A stretch of 64,000 nucleotides of DNA, from positions 3,782,001-3,846,000 of the forward strand of contig JBLDXI010000007.1 of assembly GCA_047495785.1 (NCBI GenBank), written 5' to 3'. The DNA is from Lepidodermella squamata (taxonomy: Eukaryota > Animalia > Gastrotricha). A program made the position numbers and the translations under genes. Under the pieces are notes generated by a model. The model was not told where the DNA came from and did not search any database. It worked only from the letters and a program-made list of their open reading frames with translations. Shown one piece after another: positions 26,259 through 36,072 of the stretch; position 1 is the stretch's first letter, and each line of letters opens with the position of its first letter.

Positions 26259-29200
26259 ATGACATCGCTGGATGCCTTTGTGCAGCGAGTTGTATCGTCC
26301 GAGCGTGAGTCAGACCTCGGCTCTTGGATAAAAAGCAACATCGAACACTTGAAACGCCACACTGTATCTCAAATCGACGTCGCCCTTCAGACTATCGACG
26401 TCCGCCGGGCTTCTCATGCCGTTCTCGCCTTATTGTACGTTTGAAATTACCAAATTTCGTAAATGAATTCCAAGTTCTGCATATTTGTAGGCATGCGAAA
26501 TCGAATTTGGCCGTTCCGGACGAGGAAACTTTCATCGTTCAGATCAGCGAGTTCTTCAGGTCATGCATCGGTGAACAGATTCGACCCCTCGGCCGTTATT
26601 GTAAGTTCTTAGAAAAGCCGCATCGCTAAATTTAACAGCTTGGGTCTCGACACCTAGTAAAAATTTAAAATTTAGATACAGTCAGTTCCAATAGTACGCA
26701 AGCAAAGAAAATACACGGAAAAGTGATTAGAATGAGAGGCGGAGTCATAAAAAATCTAAATTAATTTAATTATTTCAATGGTAATCAAGTATGAATATTT
26801 CATATGTTCAAAATAATCCGGAGAAATTGGTTCAGTCGAGTAAAATGCCGAAAAGTACCAAATCTGTTACCATTGCCGATTCCTGCGATACTTTGAGCGA
26901 CACTTTGACGGTACAAACCTCGAAATAAAAAAAAAACTCAGAGAAAGTTCGAGTTGTACCCAGGAAAATAATTTTTGAATTTTTGAAACGAGTCGATAAT
27001 ACTGATAGTCCGCTTGAATCTCTAGAGAATCGTGTCTTGAAAACCGCATGATCCTAATATGCGCCGAAACGGCAGAAATCGCCGAAACATCATGTTCAAA
27101 TAGGAAAATTCTCAAAATTTGCAGAAAAATAAGGAATCAACGTGCTTCAATTTTGTCAAACTTTCAATTTTTTCGAGGAAATTCAACCTTTGAACGACGA
27201 TAATTTTTCGAAATCTACCCATCGTTACTGAGGAAAATTTGAAAATTATTGCGATTTTTTCGACTGAATTTAGTTGGCGCTTGCTCTTTGAATAGTTTCT
27301 TGTTGTTGAGTTGCTTGTAAAACAATTACTAACCATATTTTGGTTGCATTTTAGTCGCCAATCTGTCGCATTTCTACACGGATCTGCTATGCAAACGGCA
27401 CGAAGCTCTTCGCGGCGTTCAACCGATCGCAATCGCCGTCGAGAAGATGCAACTGCACACGGCGCATCTGACATCGCTGCACTCTGACCTGTGCCAACTC
27501 GCGCTCTCGTCCGGCTGCTTCAAGCCGGTCATGCGCTTTCTCGCCGTCGACTACACGGAGATCAACAACGAAGACGGCCATTTGGATGCCAAGTACGTGC
27601 TGTGCTTCTACTACTACGGCGGCTGCATCTATGCGGCGCGGCGCCTGTTCGACCGGGCCTTGCTCTATTTCGAGCTGGTTCTCACCATTCCGGCCTCCGT
27701 CATGAGCTTCATCATGGTCGATGCGTACAAGAAAATGCTGCTCACTTCGCTCATTGTCAATGGGAAAGGTAATTTATTTGATATACGGCTTGCGATTTTG
27801 TTATTTTGGCCGTTGACGAGTGAAAAGTGGGGTTATGCGAATTTTATGAATTTCTCAGAAAATCTCTTGAAGTAGGCGACGCTCGTCTTCAGTCAGCATC
27901 TACCGTATTTCACCAAAAAATAGCCGTGGCTACTATTTTTTCCGAAACTCTGAAAATGGTCCAAAAAGAGGCAATTATTTGAGGAGCCTATTATTTATTG
28001 GCCATTGGCAAATTTCATCATCGGAAGTCGTTGCGCTGTTGACTTCTCTGTTGTCTGACCCACGCTTCTAGTCTCTCCTCGACATCCGCCAACGCCCACC
28101 ACTTTTAATCCGCTTAGCAGTTTTAGGCGACGCAATTAGGACAGAGCTTCTCCTAAAGGAGACCGAAAAATTGACAATATAATGCTAAAATATTGCTTAG
28201 CTATTACTTTTGAAAGTAATTTCATGCAAATATATAGCCAATATTGTGAGTAATATTTAAGCAATATTGCACGAATAAGGAAGCGCACCCAGCAAATGAA
28301 GATTATAAGTGTCTTGACATTCGTTGTTACAAATCAGAGGGAAGAAACGCCAGAAAACTCTGCCTAACTTTCGAGCATACTCTATTTGGTCAGCAAAATC
28401 ATCGGGATCCCTATCATACGACTGCAACAAGACACGATAATATAAATGGTAAACAATGAGTAAGAGGAATATTTCATCGGATAAAACGGAAGCTAACAAA
28501 TGGGAGGGGGGGGGGCGTAAAAAAGTCGATGTTTAGCAAACCATTTCGATAGATCTTTTCTTTGCATTCCTCTGATTCGAACAGTGATGAGCTGAAGAGG
28601 TCAAGTTAGAAGAGCCTTCACCGTTAATTCGATATTAAGCGCAGATGCGGAACAACAGAATACAAGCATAAATCAAAACTTACCTAATATGATTCAGATC
28701 AGGTTTATTCAGACCCTGCTCGATCAAGGCAGGAAGGTGCTCTTCCATCCAACGGACGCAGATGGATGCGCCGAGGTAAGGAAAAAATCTTTAACAAACT
28801 ATCGACTTGAATCCCTAGATTTCCATACCAGACTGTAATTGAGAAATCTTATAATTGACAATTATAGAAGAATTGACATACTTCGTAGCCGACCCCGGCG
28901 GCTAAGCAAGAGGATTCCTGCTCCAATAATAATTCCAAGAAGGCATGCACTCGCCAAAGTAACAACCACAATAATCAGGACATACTCCTCATTCATCTAG
29001 TAAGTTAAATCCATAAAACCCGGCAATATAACAAAAGCAGGAGCAGGAGTTTGCAAAAAGCGATCTTCAAGCATGTCATCAAAACCGGTTACAATTAAGA
29101 AGAGATGCCTCTCGAGCGAAACATGACTACTCATCACCAAACCCATCATACATGACAAACCATTTGAAAATGGAAATTTGGAATAGTTCTCATTAATGCA

Positions 29201-30835
29201 CTAGACATTACACGAGTATATGTGAGATAAAACGAAAAACGATGGGAAACGCCAAGGTCCAAACAATGCATAGGTTCAACAGGTGTTTGAGCGAGAACGT
29301 CAATGAAGTCGAGCAATGGAAAGTAGCCTACAACAGCACACAGTTGACCGCAATTTGTCTCGGCGATAAGCACTCGAGTGGCTATTGGCTGGCTGGGTCG
29401 TCAATGTGGGAACCGCGAACGGACGAATTAGCGAATTGCCGCATTGACGACTTGGAAGGGAGCCCGTGTGCGACGATACTAGCCATCAGATGGTGGGAGT
29501 CGTGCTGGGCTGAGCAGACTAGGTGCAGCCGTATTGCCTGCTCGTCCGAGGGCGATGGCACCCGCGCCTCCAGCAATTACCGGTGCCGAAAGGTCGATGT
29601 GCGCTGAGGTAGCTAGAGGTCCACCCTGAGGTGGAGCAACAATCTCACTAGAATAGCGGCGTTCATGCCTCGTTCAGCCTGCAAAGCTAGAAGATGATGA
29701 CGACAAGAGTTGAAACATTTATTGACTTGTCTGCGCTTCTTCGGAGCACCCACGAAGCCATCGAGACGCGCTACGAGACGATTCTCCATTGAGGTGAAAT
29801 TGTATGAGGTTTTAGAAATTGGCTGTTCTGCTGCGGGAACAGCAACCAGCTTCACGCGCTGTTTGGGTGGGGGCGCCATAATCGAACTAGCCGCAGGAGA
29901 TTGTGCAGGCGAGATAGGCTCAGGCGAACTTGCCACACTACCGCTGGCTGAAGGACCTGGGGACTGCGCCACCTCTGGCGGGCCTGACGATGGAGCGGCC
30001 GCACCGCTAGCCCTTTTATTCTCATTAACAAATCCATATTAGTTCCTTTTCGCGAAATTTCGGACGACATCGGCTCGCAAAATCCAAGATTGTTTCAAAC
30101 GCCTTCATAAATTGCTCCGAATCCCAACTGTGAAATTCGGACCTGATAGACTGGTTGTGGATAAAATCAGCAGGCTGACATCAGCTACTACAGAAAAGGC
30201 CCGTGCCTACTAGTTGTAAAATAATCTGTACGTGTCGTTGGAATACTTTCCGATTTCAACTAGGTCTGATCTGTGCTAAAATTTTATCTATAATTTTAGG
30301 CGATGCATCACTCGAAGTCATGATTTCTCGCTACGTGCGCCGACAGGCTCAACTGCTGGCCCAGCCGTACGTCGACCTCGCTCAAGCCTTCCAGACCGAA
30401 AATCTCTCTCGCCTAAGCCACGTCATCGAGAAAGAGCGCGACGTGTTCGTGGCTGATCGCAATCTCGGCCTCGTGAAATACGTGAAAAAGGCGCTCGAAA
30501 AGCAGACCATCAAAAAGCTAGCCCGGGCCTACGTCACGCTGTCGCTGGCTGAAGTGTCGAAACAGATCAGCTATCAAAACCCGAGCGATGCGGCTGAACT
30601 GCTGTCGGCTATGGTCGAGCAGGGCGAGATTGATGCGCGCATCGATGAGCAGCAACAGGTGGTCATCTTCTCGTCCGACGCCTCGCAGCGTTTCGAGGCC
30701 AGCGACGCTGCACAGGCGAAAATCGACGCTGAAGCGCGGTATCTTATCGAGGTGCTTAAACAGATCCGTGCGGTTGACGAATCGCTGGAAACGAACCAGC
30801 AATGGCTGAAAAAGGTTGCCAGTGGGCAGGATTGA
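26259..30835 (+). CDS. COPS3: COP9 signalosome subunit 3; exons 26259-26434, 26491-26600, 27355-27768, 30300-30835
   Basis: CIGEQIR, LTSLHSDLCQLAL, LCFYYYGGCIY, SFIMVDAYKK, PCI domain NLGLVKYV...IKKLARAYVTLSL...MVEQGEIDARID. Phases join across GT-AG introns. Confidence 0.93.
27901..28000 (+). mobile_element. Fragment resembling the TA-flanked terminus of a Tc1/pogo-type non-autonomous element
   Basis: TA-CCGTATTTCAC...AATAGCCGTGGCTACTATT. No matching opposite terminus seen. Confidence 0.35.
28257..30070 (-). mobile_element. Degenerate CACTA/EnSpm/Mirage (CMC)-type transposase relic, antisense within COPS3 intron 3
   Basis: Fragmented frames carry EPMHCLDLGV (~29250-29277; DxMH...LGV motif) and TYNLHLL (~28290-28312; YNxHxL motif), preceded by an S/P-rich ORF (29613-29972). 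Confidence 0.6.
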
Positions 30836-31469
30836 ATCCGCTGAAACTTTCAATGAATTATTTACTCTTGATATACTGCTGTAAATTCTGTTTTGAATGT
30901 TTAAAGCATGGAAAAATGCTGATTGATATGACCCGGTTGTGGCTGAACCAGCCTTGTGGTTGTAAAACTGAAATAAATGAATGATTTTCGTGGTTATTTA
31001 GAGTGTTTTAGAGTCAGACAACAGAACAGATGGCTGATCTAAAATCGGTGTTTCCAGCTCTGTATTGAGTGTTGGATCAAGAGCAGTTTTTCCAAGCCCA
31101 ATTGTGAAAACCTCCTGTGCCACTTGTTTAGGTTCGGGACAAAGAACTACATAGAGTCTTGCCCACTGAGCTGATGAATTTTCTACGGCTTATTCTTTTT
31201 GACATAACCAAGTACAGGGATAGGATTTCTGCGACTTGCATCCCGTATTGCATATTTTCGTGGTTAGAAATATACATAAGAAATGTGATGAATGAATACG
31301 AAATATCAACTACTTCAACAGTCAACAGTGTCTAGTTATTAGATGGAACCATTGCTTCGTTGAATAAATTTATACAGCCTTTTAGAGTACTGAGCGTTCG
31401 TAAAAAATTTCAGGCCTCAATCGATCACAATTGAATTAGTCGATCGGTGTCAAGCAATCGACATTCATT

Positions 31470-34169
31470 TTACAATGACGCAACATCCAGTTCTTGATGA
31501 TACGTAACGCGTTTCGGCTGTTTGGTCCATAGATCGTCCTTGAAGCCGCCGTCACCTGCTGAAAACACGTAAGCTAATGACAGGGCAAACAAAGGAAAAG
31601 CAAACCTCCAGCGCCTTGACACTGTGACTCTTTGACCTCTTGGTTGACTTCATTCTTTCTGCTGCTTTCCTGGCTAATTCCATCTTGAAGCTTGTTGAGC
31701 GCCGCAGCAATTGTTGTTCGATTATGAATCGTCTTCGCCAATTTTTTCGCAATTTCAAGTACGCCCCTATTGAAACGCGAAAATACGATGACTTCGACTG
31801 CAATGGTGGCAACGAAAATAACGCCGCATGTCAGGCCAAAGTTGGAATTTGGATCATCCAAGGAAAAGCTGAGCGAAAAACCACGTGTGATTATGGTTAC
31901 ATAGCTAAATGTGGACTATCCTGCTGATACCTCAAAACAGTAGCTACGATTGTAGCCACAGTCGTAACGTAGATGCATAGACCAATTTGGCGTGAGTCAT
32001 TCAGCTCTCCAATAGAAACGTTCCTAGTGGCAAATGAGACGAAGCTGCCGAACATCAACGCTAAGCCCTGTGGTCGAAGATGAGAGTCTGAATTCATTTG
32101 ATTTAACAAAAATTTACCTGAAAAGCTGCCGTAATGTAGAACAGTTCATTCGCATGATTTGAGTTACACTTTCTCAAGATGTGCTGCGTCACTGTATCGA
32201 TCTCAGGTTGCTGAATAGTCGTAGCGATTACGATGACATTCAAAGGTTCTAAGAAGAACCAGATCGAAACGATACCCATGTTAAAAATAGTCCAAATGGC
32301 AATGCCAGTAAGAAGCTGCCAGTCTTGGATGGAGAAATGCTTTCTAACCCTGGTGAAAATGAGGAAAATTCTGAAAGATTTTGCGAAAAGTCCCCCGAAT
32401 AGAGTACAGAAGCCGAAGAGCAGGAGTAGTGATCGGGCCATGCAAAACTTCGCCAGCAGGCCTTCGGCATTGGTAGCTGAGAATGGCAGACTCAAGTGGA
32501 TAGAGGCACAGCCGACAAGCATCAGAAGCACAATCTGTAAGGGTACTTGTGAAACCGATAACATATTAATGAAAAACATTGACCATACCTTAGGTGACAA
32601 CATGCGAATCTGCGGCTCTTTCATCTTTTTCAATATCGCCACTGAATAAGTTATTGCTGAGGCCAGTCCAAGCCCTGCCAAAATACATGCCGACATGTAC
32701 AACCCATCTGACACTTGAAGATCGGTAACAACTCGGATGACAGTATCTGAGGGAGGTCGATTGTCGGGAGTCCGCCACTTGATGTCACCCTTGTACACAG
32801 ACAACCCGGTAGATTGCGTGTACCAGAAAACAGCCTCGCGCGTGTTGTTGAAATCGCGGAACATTGAAATGTAGTTGAAAATCCGCTCATTGGTTACGTT
32901 GTCGAACCGATATTGGCCTTTAAAGCCAGAAAATTTCAGCTGGCGGATTTTCTCGACGAATATCTGCGCAACCAGGCTTTGATTCTCTGACGAGAGTTTT
33001 TGAAACGATCCCAGCCTGTATTCTGGTGGCAACTTTCGCCTAATCAATTCTTCTTCGGTTAAATTGAGCCCTAGAGCTGCAATAACCGCGTTGTCGTAGC
33101 AAACCGGGCTGTACATGAGGCTAGCGTCGGAAATGGTGATATTTGACTCGTCGAAAACATTTCTCTTCATCTCGTCGTTGACTTCCTTCAAAGTGCGGTT
33201 AACTGCCGGAATTCGATAATTCGAATTTCCATCGGGGAATTCTCCAACGTAGAACATGCCATCGAAGACGTCGTCCAGCTGCTTCAGGGTGCAATCTGTC
33301 GTCCGCCAAACTTCTTCAGGACGCCACCAGTACGACATGAGGTAAGCCACATTGATCCAAACATACTTAGGCCCGTGCATTCCCAGCTTGTATGCTTGGC
33401 ACCCTGCATCCGCAGCAGTCAAGATGTAGTTTTGACTGAAGGCGAAGAAAATGATGCGGGCATCCTCAGCCTTTAATCGTTCTAGTGATTCCTTTGCAGA
33501 ATCGAGCCAACTGTCAACCCTAGGAACTGAGATGTTGTTTTCCCGCAGATAAGCGACAAGGGCCTGTTCATCCTCTAGGAACCCCAAGCTAGATCGGCCT
33601 GTTTGGTACAGCGCGAATACTCGTTTCCAGCCAAATTGGCGCAAGAATGCCAGTCTGGCCGGGTTGTATTCAGCCATGCCTGGCTCAAGGCGGAAAAAGT
33701 TGGAATACGCGTTCTCCAGACTTGATATTCGCTTCTCCTTCGGAGCACTGCCACATCCGTAAGCGATCTGCACGGCATTACGCATTTTAGCGACAGGGGC
33801 TACTACTTCGCACTCTGCACCACAAATCGGTCCGATGAGGGCAAGAGCTGGTGGCAAGCCGTCTTTTCGGTTTCTGTCAATCATTGTCATCATTGCGTCG
33901 ACAGTCAGAGGCTCGCTGCATTCAGTATTAGCCCAAGTGAAAGCTAGATCGTAATCAGGCAGAACTTGGCCATAGCGGTTGATGTCCCTAACTGCCATCT
34001 CCGACGCTCTCAAGCAGAGCTGTTCAGACGGCAAGCTACCGAACAGAAGGTAGAAGCCGCCAATGGAGACTTTTGGCTTCCCGCTGCTAATACTAACAAT
34101 TAATGCGTTTAAGAGTACGACCTCAAAAAGAACTGATGCTGGAAGAAGGGAGAATAGACCCATCTTCAT
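31470..34169 (-). CDS. Divergent GABA-B-receptor-like class C GPCR 1 (signal peptide, Venus flytrap domain, 7TM)
   Basis: EMAVRDIN...VLPDYDL, GPIC, NFFRLEP, FLRQFGWKRV, LKAEDARIIF, GPKYVWI, IRMLSP, LFAKSFRIFLIF, TRNVSIGELNDSRQIG. No cysteine-rich domain, as in GABA-B. Short introns at 32588-32535, ~32117-32070, ~31930-31869 and ~31606-31555. Confidence 0.88.
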
Positions 34170-34674
34170 ATTATCATCTCTGAAAACTGAACCTTTAGCG
34201 GCGCTCACAAAAATGCAGCTTTAATTAGTATTCTTCCATTGAAAACACGTTTTAAAAATTCGGTCTTTCAGGGATCAACCCTGCCGCGGATCATCAGATC
34301 GGCATTCCATGATATTTGAGCTCATGGGCAGCTAATTTAGAGAACAATCGCAAAATAAGCCGAGACGAAGCAGAGGCGACGTATCTGATTTCATCCAGAA
34401 ACTAGCCATATTACTCAGCTACTTTCTCTGCTGCCAATCTGAATTCATGGCATTTGAAACGCTAATAGTAATAAGCTCGAGCGCATTAGAAAATATGCAC
34501 TCGCAACCCGAAACTCACATATAAGAATAAGATACCTACAAACTTGCTGTTGCATCTTCCATTGATGGCTGTATTCCCATTTTTACGGCTTTTATTGCCT
34601 GGGTTTCTCGGAAGAACTAAGCCTAAATTTAGCGAAAATGTGTCGATTGCATCAATGTGAAGCAATTAATATAC

Positions 34675-34862
34675 AATATCCATAATTTGATAAGATGTTT
34701 CTTTTTTGAAATTTTTAATGTAAACAACAGCGCGAAGAATTTGCGACCATTTTCCTTTTTTATTTGAGAGTCAGATGACGTCGAAACGTCACAATCTCAA
34801 ATAAAAAAGGAAAATGGTCGCAAATTCTTCGCGCTGTTGTTTACATTAAAAATATCCATAAT
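34675..34862. repeat. Perfect 59-bp inverted repeat (34711-34769 / 34795-34853) with a hammerhead-like 25-nt spacer, flanked by the 12-bp direct repeat aatatccataat; probable Penelope-like element remnant
   Basis: Arms checked base by base. Spacer gtCAGATGAcgtcGAAAcGTCacaa. Direct repeats at 34675-34686 and 34851-34862. The Penelope assignment is inference. Confidence 0.8.
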
Positions 34863-35327
34863 GTATTTCGGTATTTTTTTTGTTCATTCAGTCATTCATA
34901 AAACAGCGATAAATTTCCTGATTTAGAGGCTTTTAAATTAGCCTTGAGCTGATTTTCGCCGTAACCCCACTCTACTAGGCAATTCGATCTGCTACCTCTG
35001 ATCACCGAATCGATTTTCCTTTTCACACTTGACGAATTGAATAAGTGTGTGAGTTGTTAAATAAACGTACATTATATTGAATCGCAATACTCGACGTTCT
35101 CCAAATTTAATTGAGATTTCATGTTCTGATATCCAGCCTCTTGTTGTCACGACATAGGACATTTAGCCCGTCGCGTATCGATCAAAATGAGGTGAGAGCA
35201 ACCTTCCAACACTAATAATGATTGAAAATAGATGCTGGGTATGCTTAGCAAAAATTATTCCTCGCTCAGTATTACAAAAAATTCCCATATCAGGTGGAGA
35301 ATTTCATGATTTATAACCGAGCGCATT

Positions 35328-35923
35328 ATGCTCTCATGCCTGACAATCGTTGTCGTTAGTTGTGCCTTTCAGCTGGCTGGTGCATCTTCTCCAGATGGGC
35401 TACAAGCCTTTGCCAGAGCGAAAGCTAAAAATTTAATAGTTCAGAAAGTTGGCTTCTCGAACATATATTACCAACAACCAGCAACTAACAAACCAGTGTT
35501 GGCCCTTCAAACCAGTTCGCCAAATCCAACTCTTACCCTGAAAATTGGCTCGGCGAAATCTCTGAATAATCAGCCAGCTTTGGCTTTCAAAGGAAAAGTG
35601 ATCAACGATGAGAGAACGAAGCTAATCCAAGGTATAATTTCCTTGTTTCTTTATTCTTCCATTTTATTGACCGGCTTGTTGTTGTAGGAATTGTGGGTAA
35701 GCAAGTTTTGAGTTTGATGCAGCGATCGCCTGACAAGTTCAAACAGCTGCCTGAAGCTATGAAACAGGAGCTGATACGAAAAATGCGTCTGACCCGGTGT
35801 ATGGCTATCACGCAGTCGCGCTCGCATTGCGAAAAAGAGACAGCTTCGAATTTATTCGCCCGTCACAAGGCAAAAAACATCATGGCTGGGAAATACGATA
35901 AAGAAGTTTTGTCTCAGTTGTGA
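35328..35923 (+). CDS. Orphan secreted basic protein, ~179 aa (exons 35328-35631 and 35688-35923)
   Basis: Signal-peptide-like N-terminus MLSCLTIVVVSCAFQLAGA-SS. A 56-nt GT-AG intron joins the two ORFs in frame (540 nt total). No recognisable domain. Confidence 0.65.
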
Positions 35924-36072
35924 ACGTATAATAATATTTAACTACAACAGTAAAAATTTGATTTATTGAAGAAGAGGGCAGCCTTCTGTGAGAAAGCAGC
36001 CCGCAGCTTTCAATCGATTCGAGCTAAACCATATCATATTATTACTCTTTAGCGATAAAATGCGCATTCAGC

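Noticed and set aside
34770-34794. A catalytically active hammerhead ribozyme gene
   Set aside because: The core has CAGAUGA instead of CUGAUGA and no real stem II, so it is reported only as a degenerate remnant.
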